64,000 nucleotides of DNA from the NCBI GenBank assembly GCA_965655095.1, contig OZ296648.1:48670001-48734000 (forward strand), written 5' to 3'. Under the pieces are notes generated by a model, which was given only the letters and a program-made list of their open reading frames with translations, was not told the origin of the DNA and made no database searches. Positions 53,801 through 64,000 of this stretch are shown here, in pieces. Origin of the DNA: Haplodiscus bocki. Lineage: Eukaryota. A program made the position numbers and the translations under genes. How positions within the stretch are numbered: position 1 is the first letter of the stretch; each line of letters begins with the position of its first letter.

Positions 53801-55153
53801 TAGAAGAAAGTAGACTTCACGAGCTACCCAATTCCAAAAATGATTTCCTTCATCTCTAAGAAACAGTATGAAGAATCTGCTGTTCTTCTATGATTAGAGA
53901 AAAGAAAAGCTTTCTTCCTAAAAACACGTTCACCGTAATTCACTCAACTCATGAGATCACCATGCACAACCTCAACCTTGAATAAAAAAATCATAGTTCT
54001 CGAGTTTTTGGAAGGCAATTTGGTTTCAAAAGTAGAAGTGACTAAACTTGACCTTCATTTAGTTTACTTCAAGGAGTCGGAAAGAAAATAGTGTGCAATC
54101 CGTGAGACGGATAATCACCATTGTTGAAGAAAAAGGACGGAAGTGCACTGTAAAGTGTCTGTCAAAAGCTCAGGAAGCTGATTATGAAATCCAAGCAGTT
54201 AGATGTTTTTTCTAATGCAACAGGATTACACAGACCTGGACTCCTTTCCAACAAAAGCTGCCCGACGAACCAACAAAATTTTATCCATCGGGAAATTCGT
54301 CTGTACGTTAAAATTGAGTGACAGTTTTTCCGTCAGAGAAAAACGTCTGAAAGAAATTTGCCACCGAGTGATCGAATAGTTTTGCCAGATGCGAAGCTTT
54401 TCGACTTTCTTCGGTGGACTCAGAAAGACTTTGGTCATCAAGATTTCCACAGAGGAACACTTCAAGAATTTGTGTGACTTGATATATATGACTCTTTTGA
54501 TAAATAGAATACACCATGCAAAATGTGAGTTTCGTCAAACGTAAACGTACCATGGGAGTAACAAACTTTCCACTGAAAACTCGTAAACTTCGCAGATTTT
54601 TTGAAATGATTCAATTAAACGTCTTAAATGTTTCCTCTAATTCTTCTATAAACAAGGATTGTTAACTTTGAGAGACAATTTCAGTAAACAAGTGATGTTG
54701 TTTACCGTCCCGATCATACGCTAAAGAAACTTGCGATTTGCTATTCAATCGTCGGTTTTTCCATAAAAAATGCTTGCACATATTCAATCACACTAGGGAA
54801 AACACTACACAAATGAATTACAGATATAAATTTTCTTCGGTAAACCCAAAGATTTTAGTTTTTTTGACCTTAACAGTAAAGTAGCAAAAGTTTTCCCTTC
54901 TCCTGACTATACCGTTGAAAATGCTCTTGTTAAATATTCAATTTTCCTGGGTTTTCCGGCAGAGAACGACCGCATCTTGTCAATCAGACTACTGAACACA
55001 TTAAACAGCTGAAGTTGACTTGCTTATATTTTACGCATTTTTCCACAACTGAACGTCCTTGAATTAATCCACTCGGTAAATTGCAGAACCAGAAGTTGCT
55101 TAACGTAAGAGAAGTATGTAATTCACGACATTTCTTTGAGTGGTATCAATGTT

Positions 55154-55296
55154 NNNNNNNNNNNNNNNNNNNNNNNNNNNNNNNNNNNNNNNNNNNNNNN
55201 NNNNNNNNNNNNNNNNNNNNNNNNNNNNNNNNNNNNNNNNNNNNNNNNNNNNNNNNNNNNNNNNNNNNNNNNNNNNNNNNNNNNNNNNNNNNNNNN
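55154..55296. other. Assembly gap (143 N)
   Basis: Run of N. Confidence 1.
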
Positions 55297-55299
55297 CTT

Positions 55300-56186
55300 C
55301 CTAGGGCGCGATACCCAATCAGTAAATTCGTCTTGAAAAACTGAAAAATCCAAATTGTTACAGTCCAGATTGCCTAAAAATGTTTCGTAATCAGGAGGAA
55401 CATATCAGGGAGACATTTACAAGAAACCAAAATTCCATAAACTTGTTAGACAGAACACTAAATAGGACCAAAGACGACAAATGAAAACTTTTCGAACATC
55501 TCTCCATTATCAGGTGTGGAATGCAACTTTTAGAAAAGCAGTGCTGGAAGTTTAAACAGCTCTGGTGCGAGAATCATGGACTTTTTAGACTCGAGGAAAT
55601 GCGACAGGCTGGACAAATGTATGAGTTGGCAAAAGATAGAGAAGCAAAAATCAAAGAAAATACGTTTTGTTTGCATAACTCTAACGATTGGGTCATTCTC
55701 ACAATTGAAAATATTAGCTTCAACATAAGTGATGACGAAAGTCAAGAAGTTTTACCCGTCCACAACGGAAAAGCCTCAGAAAGGGAGTCTGATCAGAAAT
55801 TTGATAAACCTTTTTACGGCCATTCAAGTCAAATGAGGTCATGGCCAAGAACTCAAGCTTTGCTTGGACAAAAGTTTCAGTCTTTCACAGACAAAAAACT
55901 CGTTTCCCATTTTTTTACAGCAGTACAATTGCCTCCGATTTCTACTGCTGATCTTTTTCTCGCAGATCGCCATTTAATGATCCCAAGCTCAATAATTCCC
56001 GAAAAGGAAAGACTATTTGAACCTACAAGCAAAACCGACAAAAAACTGCTGCAAACCAACCCTTTCAACCTTTTTGAGTTCCAGCCAACTAGTATAAAGG
56101 AAATATGCCTTGAAATTATCGAAATTCCTGAAAATTCAAACGATAAAAGTTTGTTTTTATTATCCGATCGAATGTTTCTCCCCTAA
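55300..56186 (+). pseudogene. LINE ORF2 fragment (linker between endonuclease and RT)
   Basis: The 221-aa ORF has W..ALLG, HFFTAV and FEFQPTSIKEICLEIIEI..KS, typical of the pre-RT region of CR1/L2-like ORF2. RT is absent. Confidence 0.5.
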
Positions 56187-56599
56187 AATTCCAGAGCTAT
56201 GAAAAGATTGGACGAAAGAATGGTCTTTGTAATTAGTCTTTTGTCCTCTTTCTACATTCACGGTTTTGCTCCGTCCACATACCTTGGACACAAATAAAAC
56301 ACCAAAAAAACGCCCAAGAAGGAAAAATGAAAATGTTTACGATTGGCAAGTTCTATGCAGTTGCAATTAAAACGAATGAAAACATTTTTCGAGCAACGAT
56401 TTCTACAGATAAGATGGAAACCACTCCTAAATTTATCACTTATTGTTTTGGATCCACAAAAAACCTGGAATCAGGGAATCACTGTAGGATAAACTTTAAG
56501 GAAACTGTCTACTCAGATTGAAAAAACGTTCAACAACAACTTCAGCAAGCTCCTGTCCCCAAACCAGCTCTTGAAGGAAATAAGAAGCTGAAAACAACT

Positions 56600-59500
56600 A
56601 GCGCTTGTTGCTTTCTGTCCACGACACCAAATGCCGAACGCACTTCCCCAACTGTGCCCAGCCGAAATCTTTAAGATACACCTCCTCAAACACCTTTTAA
56701 CAAGAAAAAATACAGACGACAAAAAATTGCTTGCAGAATGTCTGGAACCACATCAGGAAAACAGTCAGGCGATAACTTCTCCTGCCAGAATGATCAGCAG
56801 GAGTCCCATAAAGACGAAACCCAGGCGCCAGCTGCGGAGTAGATTCAAGCTCGCCAGAAGGAAGAAACAGTGCAAGAAGGACTCCGTCAATGAGCAAGTA
56901 TGTTGTCGTGGTAGTAGCTGCCACACACTGTTCTGATCGGTATCCAAACCCAAAAGACTTCTTGATGATGCGTAGGCGTTACTCTTGTTGTGTAAAGGAG
57001 TCTGCAAACACTGCTAACTCTAAGTCACCTCAAGATATGTGCAAAGGCACTCTTTTTGTTGTGTTACGGAGTTAGAGAGTGACATAGACGACAGTGTCTA
57101 CAAAGGAGTGCTGTGGCACTCACAAAAAAATCTGGTGACAATTTCGACTGTTTCTTTTGTTCTCTTGCTCTTGCTTCACATGACACCGGAATGCACGCTC
57201 TTCGATGCAGAACGCACCGCAGCACTTTTGCAACTGGAAGATAATGTTCTTCACCTTTGCATTATTTGTGCTTCGAATGGAAGGGCAACTGCAAAACAAC
57301 AGGTAAACGAAAATTGCGCCGAGAAAGGCCAATCTACTGTGAATGAGCTTGCACTGCAAGTGCAGCAATTGGAAAACAAGCCTCTCGAACAGGCCGCCAG
57401 GTATCAGCTGCCATGAAGTGTATGCAGGAAGACTGGGCCACATGGAGAATAGAAAAACTTCCCTCTGATGCAACATCATTGGTATCAGTTAAGAAAGGTA
57501 AGGTGATCAATGTGCAACCGTTAAAAATGCAACCAAATGAATACGGCATCCGATTGAAACTAGAGGAGAATTTTGAGCACACAGTATAAGAACTCCCGTT
57601 GAGAAGCTCCAGCCGGATATCGGTGCGGTGCGGAGCATCTCAGAGTGCTCGAAATATGCAGAATCCAGGCCAAGGAAGCTATAAAGAATGGGCAAACTCG
57701 TAAACTCCAAGCGGCCAAGGTCTTTGTAACTAAAGTGGAGAATCTGGTGAACCCAAAAAAATAACAAAATCTTCGCCAAATTGAAACTGTACACCTAGCG
57801 TAAGGAACCCAGTTTTCTTGAGCCCAGTGCTAAATCAAGATGACGGACGGAAGAAACGCGAAGCACTCAAAATGCGTTGTCAATTCTTAATTTCAGCACT
57901 CTCCCCGAGATCCATAGGGAAAACAAACCTCGACCTGCAATTGAACGGACTATGGGTTTGGAGACAAGCGAAAAATGAAGTCACTGAAAACGATGCTCAA
58001 GCATAAGGCGCCGAAGACAATGTCCAAGAAACCGATGAAATTGCCACTAGTCAAGGTTGACTAGTTTTGAAACTTTGCTTTGAAGATGCTAACTTTCACT
58101 CTGAGAAGTAACCGTGACGTCAGGAGACGAAGGAAACTCTCAAGTTGTATTCAAGTTGGTGACGACGATCTCATCTGTCAAAGAGAAACATGAATGCCAC
58201 ACGATGCGATTGATGCCGCCTTTTCCTTGACGGGCTTTGACATTCACACACAAGACCAAGGAAATGTACCGAACAGATTTTCGAGTCGCTAAAGACTGGT
58301 GAATGCAAACAAAAACGAAATCCAGCGCGAGCAATTGATTATTGACCTTAATGCAGCGACTTTTGTGGCCCTGAAAAATAGAAACAAAAATGTTCACTTC
58401 ATTCTTTGCTGTTTGTGCAAACCTCTGATGGACAAAAAGTACAATGGTGCTCAGCCGACTTTGAGAAGTTGATATTGAAAGTAAGCGAGGAGAAAATGTT
58501 GACAAAGCCAATTTCCTTGTCTTCACTGGCGATGTGAACATCGCTCAGACCAACTAGGTAAACATGTCTCCCATGTGCTTGTACAAAAACTTGGTTTCAA
58601 AAATCGTGGTGGAAGCGGGCTTCCTGAACTTCGTCGTAGAATGGCGAAACAACTGGATGTGTTTCTTCTCACTGACATCTAGCTTTGTGTAATTGCAGAA
58701 AGTAGAGACAAAGAGATGACTGTGAGCCACTATCTGAAAAAAAAAACAAAAAAGTTTGAAACACCTCCCATACATTTTCAAAGTCCTCTGCATCATTACC
58801 AAGAACAGTTTTTTTCAATACGAGGAACAGTCACAATGTTTCTTCAAGAGCGGATAGTACGAAGCAGTGAATGGGAACACAGCTGCCATCAGTTTGGAAC
58901 ATTTCTGGATTAGCAATGTGAAATTATTGTTCGATCAGAGGTACGAACGGTTCTGGCGGAAAATCAAAATTCACATCCCAAAATAACGGAACAGCGGGCA
59001 ACCCTGCAACTGTGAACTACAAAAGTTTTTTCACGCCTAAAATAGAAGATTAACACAAAGAAGAATAACAAGACGAACTTCGGTGTGTCTCAATAACTGA
59101 AGATGAAAAAAATGCAGGGCAAATTATACAATCAACTAGACGAGGACCTTCGGAATATTAAAAAACGTGTTCCCTCGCCAACGTTTACGCAAAGTCCACG
59201 GTTATCTGTCAAGCATAACAAGCAAGTTTTCTCTTGGAAGTTACAAAGTGCCACGAAGAATTTTAATCACGAGCAAGAAAGAAAAAGTTAGAACCTGTTA
59301 CACCTTCTGTTCAAGTGACTTTACGAAAGCGTGAACAACGAGCAAACATCACAATGACCTTGTCAAATTGAGCTGACTGTTTTGAAAACAACAGAAAAAG
59401 ATGTCGCATTGAAAATGTCAAAACTTGAGGGACACTAAGCAGCAGGGACTGACGCAAACGCTAACATTAGTCTCAAATGCCGCCGTGGTTCTCACGACGA

Positions 59501-60830
59501 ACTCCCGAAACTGCTCTTTATTCATTAAAGAACTGTTTCCTGATCTTTCAAAAGATGTGTGACTGCTGTATAAAAGGATGGAAACCGAATGGATATCGCG
59601 AGTTTCAGACCAATCAGCTTACTCTGTAATATTCTCCACAATTCTACAATGTTTTAAAAATTATCTCCGAACCACTCTGCAGCTCGTTAGAAAAAAAGCT
59701 GGGCCCATACCAGTCTGGTCTTTGTTAAGCTAGACCTACAACTCTAACATTAAGAACTTCTTTCGACATTCTAATAACGAGGCTGGGTGACCTTCCATCT
59801 CGAGAACTTAGTTGGCTGTACTTAAGTCCTGCCACAACCACCGAATGAACCGAGTGCACCACCGAATGAATAAAAAGCTGGAATGAGTCGGAAGGATTTC
59901 ACTTAGATTTCTAACTTTTTTCTTCCGGAACCGGAAATAGTTGGTCACTGTCTCTGGCCGAAAGTCCGATGGGGGAAATTTCACAAGCGGCGTTCATCAT
60001 GGCTCCATTCTGGGCCCTCTAAAGTTTTTACTCTTTGTAAATGGCATTCCAGAAAGACTAGAATTGCGCACCAGTTTTGGCCACGCAGTCGATTTCAGGT
60101 AATAAATAGCTCGGAGCAACAACTACAGGACTGTGTGAGTGGCTTCGGAAGCTAGTGCGATGAAAACAAAATGGTTCCGGAGGTTAATGTTTTCAGTTGG
60201 CTCAACATCAGAAGCAACCTGCGAGCTTTTACCATTTAAGATGAAAAGGCATGTGGATCTACCTAGGAAGATATCGGCTTCATTGCTGTTAGCAGCCTGT
60301 CCGCAAAAGATAACTGCCACCAAAGCACTGAGAAAGCTACAATAGTCTAACTTCAAAGCAAAAAAAATTTCAACTTGTGCACACTCAACAAAATCCTAAA
60401 CGCATGTTGGCTGCGTTTTTCCAGCGCTCATGTACGACTGCCAGGCTTGGGCATCCAATAAAACAAAGCAAAAGGAGCTCGATTTTGTGCCAAAAAGAGC
60501 TACGAAAAGAATTATGGGCAATCACAGGGCGTTTGAAGAAACTGAAACATATTGAAATGCTACTGGGCCCTTTTTAATTTCAACTACCCGACATATTGTA
60601 TCTTATATCTCTTCTAAAACGACAAGACGACGGTGATGTAGCAAATCTATATGATATGAACGGAAAAATTACCAGACGGGTAACGACAATTTTTGGGAAA
60701 TTAGAAGGCCAACATAGAAGTTCTGTCACTTTTGTACAAAAAGGCTTCTTTTTCACGAAAAAAAACCAACTATGCTTTGAAAAATTCAAAAAGCGATCAG
60801 CTAGTTGAAAGAGAAGAAGCTGCTTCTAAC
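56600..60830 (+). mobile_element. CR1/L2-group LINE, near full length but decayed (PHD-like ORF1, APE, RT)
   Basis: ORF1 Cys/His cluster H..PECT...LCIIC plus coiled coil. APE motifs VFTGDVN, QLDVFL, SHY. RT motifs FRPISLLC, TSGVHHGSILGPL..LFVNGIP, GHAVDF (YADD), ELDFVPKRATKRI. Confidence 0.8.
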
Positions 60831-60999
60831 CAAGACAACCCTTTCCATATAACTTGCAGTCGTCAACTTGAATCAGAATTGTCCGAAATAAAGAAGAGTG
60901 TGAAATTGAAATACCGCAGGTACAATTTGCATTTATCTCAGATAGATATATGACACCATGGCTCCATTTTTTCCATTAATTAACCTTTTGTGAAAATGA

Positions 61000-63540
61000 A
61001 AGGGGCAATGGGCAAATGCAGGCACAAGTACCACGCAAACCCCGCTGAAATATTCAGAAAAAATCCCGGAAGTTTTTGGAGAAACTTCTAAAAGTCAAAA
61101 GAAATCTTGTGATAGGCTGCAGCAAATACAAAATGCCTGGGAAAACTGAAGCTGCGATACGAACTTCTTGAAAACCGTTGACACGACAATGAAGCATGCC
61201 GAGCATACAATGCAGTACGATGGAATGAACACGTCGCAGTTCAATATTGGTGTCGGTTGATGGCACGAGAGATCAGATAGATGGAGTTGTTTAAGTAAAT
61301 TAAGGGTAAATACTTTCCCGGATGATGTTGATAGTGATGATAAACATCGTCTGCTTCCTGAGCATTATGGCGTAGAAAGTTACTACTAGGGCTCAACATG
61401 CGATGAACGAGCTATTGCCCAACTCGTCCGACCAAGCTGACATATGTTTTTAGCATACTGTTTCGGAAGAAACAATTGTCAGTTAGAGGGATGTCGATTT
61501 AAATTTTGCGCAATTTTGTTTTCAACGTGAAAGGAAAATCACCCAGTCAAATGGAACTTTCTCCTCGATGTCTTCCTGTTGCCTTCACACTCAAAACGAT
61601 GTTCGTTCACCTTTCTGAAGGTGATGGTTTTTTTCAGCAATCTACTGCAGAATGCGACTGGAATAGCAAGATTTCTCAAAACGTTCGAAATTCGGCATTC
61701 TGGAAAAACATTTCTAGTAGAAAAATCCTGCTTTCCAAATTCTCAAATTGGGAAGTTTGCTGTACAATGCGCATCAATTGATGGTAAATCTTAAAATTAT
61801 CTTTTTCACCTGAACTGTAAGTTCCCAGTGGTAAAAAAACGTTCGAAAAATATTAGCTCAATGTCTAAAAATAACGGAATTTAGAGATTTTTCGCAATAA
61901 AAATTTTCCTCAGAAATTCATCGGGACCTGTAGAATGCAGTTTCCACAATCCTGCCGATAATGTTTGGCTAAACTTTGAAAGTTTTCACGAAGGCAAGTA
62001 AAAGAGTTTTGAATTCTTTTGAAATCAGCGAAGGTGGCAAGTTTGCTGTAGAATTATTCTTCGAAGATGCCTTTTTTGTACCTATTAAGGTTTTGCAAAA
62101 TCGGAAGGTTTTTTTTGGAATTTCGAAAAAATTAAAGCTTGATGTGGTTTTTTTCCAAAAGCTGCGCATTCATTCTTCTAAGAGGCATCTTCAGCAAAAT
62201 TGGAAGAAACAATGTCCCGGACGTTTTCCTTTATTTCATGGCTTCAATCTTATTCAATTGTTCCGGGTTGAATTTTGTTTCAAGTTGTATCGTTTCGTTA
62301 GTTTTTGTTTTATCTTTGCATTTTTGTGTTCAACGCATTAAAATGGTTTCATCGATTCTATATATTTTAGGATGTTACTGATATATGGCGGCAATTTCTT
62401 GCTGATAGGTACGATTTCATTGTGTAACATTTTTGTCAATCAGATCTTCCGTTAGATCTTATTCTCGAGGGGACTTGCCTTGGAACTTTTTCCATGAAAT
62501 TTTGTTCCAATTTGCCTTGTAGATCGTGTCCCGTAAGAATTTTTTCTTTCCACTTCTCTGCCAGGCGTTGCATTACTTTTGTTGCACCGGGCGAAGCGCG
62601 ACCCGTGGTCGAGATTTGTGGGACGAAGCTGCTTTGTTCGACATCCAGAAGGTGTTGCTGTCATTTCAGTCTTTTGAATGTTTGTGGTGTTTGTTGGTAT
62701 CTGAAAATGTTTTCGATTGACAGCTAACGGATATAAAAATTCCACATCAAAGAAGCATCATAGACCATTTGTTTTAGTGTCTAGATGAGCTTCACATTCT
62801 GTTGTGGTTGACTTGCCAAAGCGTTGGCCTTGCAACAGTTGAAAAGGTTCGATTTCTACATCGTGGCAATTCGTCCATGGACTTTGCGACTGAGTGTTAG
62901 AGGCTATACCTCGTTTATATATTTTCGGCTATCCGTAATACTGATTTTTAAATGACGTGTCAGTACGAGGGACAAAATTCATTTTTAGTGTATGAAAGGT
63001 GGACCTTTGAAAAATCTTGGTGAAGCAAAAGCACTCTAAGTATCTTTCTCTGGTTATCGTTTATATTTTTTGGTCTTCGATTGAGATATGACGTCATATC
63101 GTCACATTTCTATCTGTGGTAAAGCTGATTTTCCTGCGCAAGCTCCTCTTTCCTATGCATCCTGTCCAAAACCAGTGGAAACGATGCGTTTTCAAGCGTT
63201 TATCAACTTTTATAGTTGCTCGAGGAATCGATTTTGCTTCTGCCTGTACACGCTCTGCGTTGTTTTCACCTGCTCTATTGTTTTCTTCCCAAAATACTTG
63301 GCAAAATCAGCTGCGTCGCCAGAGAAGAGCAATGGTTGATGAATTTTTAATTCTTAGGCATACGTTGGAAGTTCCACGGTTGGATTAGTTCTTCCATAAT
63401 TTCCTGGTTTTCATTTTTCGCATTTCGTCCAAGATTTGGCAATTCTTCATTGCTTCAACTCACTCTTTTTTTAGATACATTAGAATATTTTGACAAAACC
63501 TCTTTCGAGAGTGTTGCCTCTCTTCAACAAGTAATTTCAT
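61000..63540 (-). mobile_element. Second, inverted remnant of the unassigned repeat-marked element family
   Basis: 61637-61687 (gcagaatgcgactggaatagcaagatttctcaaaacgttc) is the reverse complement of the 10.9-11.2 kb unit core, with related copies near 61755 and 62035. Flanked by broken ORFs on -. Confidence 0.55.
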
Positions 63541-63635
63541 ATAAAGGTTAATAATTCGTTGCTTTTTTCTATATAATGTGTTTTCTATATAAATTCGAAT
63601 TCTGAACCAAATCGGGGTTGCACTATTTCAGGAAA

Positions 63636-63953
63636 ATGCAAGAAGAATTTGACTTCCAGCGACCAGATTCGGTCAAGTAAGTATTTATCCATTTTTGAAC
63701 ACTGATTGAAAAATAATTCCAGCTAAGATATGATGTCTTTCCGATTGGCTCTGGCTGTATGATAGCTAATCGTAGTTTCTAAGTATTGATTCGGTAATTT
63801 GAGATAGTTGTTTTAACTCTAGGTCTTTGGTTGATCCCGCTGCTGCGCAAAGAAGGGAACAGCGAGCCAAGGAGCGAAATGTTGAAGCTCAAGACGACGA
63901 AGAGGAATACAAACCAAAAGAATTCTGTTCCCTTGGTAAAAAGGTTCTCTACA
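63636..63953 (+). CDS. First two coding exons (63636-63676, 63823-63953) of a spliced gene of unknown function running off the window
   Basis: ATG...GTCAA|GTAAGT, ttttaactctag|G, and TACA|GTAAGT. Spliced in frame: MQEEFDFQRPDSVKSLVDPAAAQRREQRAKERNVEAQDDEEEYKPKEFCSLGKKVLY. Confidence 0.6.
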
Positions 63954-64000
63954 GTAAGTACATTCTCAACGCTTTCATAAATCTAACTTGAACTACCTTC

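Noticed and set aside
55521-56186. 221-aa ORF as a host gene
   Set aside because: It reads as a LINE ORF2 linker fragment, with no splice context.

Overview
AT-rich eukaryotic (probably invertebrate animal) genomic DNA with spliceosomal introns and two assembly gaps (43999-44198, 55154-55296). One host gene looks intact: a 5'-truncated, four-exon WD40/beta-propeller-like gene on + (exons 1-138, 454-1057, 25580-25654, 26539-29066; 1114 aa visible). Its second intron is about 24.5 kb. Almost everything else is decayed mobile or viral DNA: (i) a Polinton/Maverick fossil at ~32.1-44.0 kb with pPolB, integrase, major capsid, packaging ATPase, two tandem penton-like genes, a membrane-protein gene and an adenain-like protease; (ii) a second, differently arranged Polinton fragment in the big intron; (iii) an LTR-element remnant with a chuvirus-G/gB-like envelope gene; (iv) a gypsy element interrupted by an R2-like retrotransposon lying outside rDNA, with a candidate HDV-like ribozyme at its 5' end; (v) further gypsy and CR1/L2 LINE fragments, a MITE and a tRNA-derived repeat; (vi) an unassigned gene-dense element family marked by ~125-bp tandem repeats, present at ~10.2-15.8 kb and ~61-64 kb, the latter next to a spliced ORF. 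Family calls come from manual translation and remembered motifs, not database searches; boundaries of decayed features are approximate.
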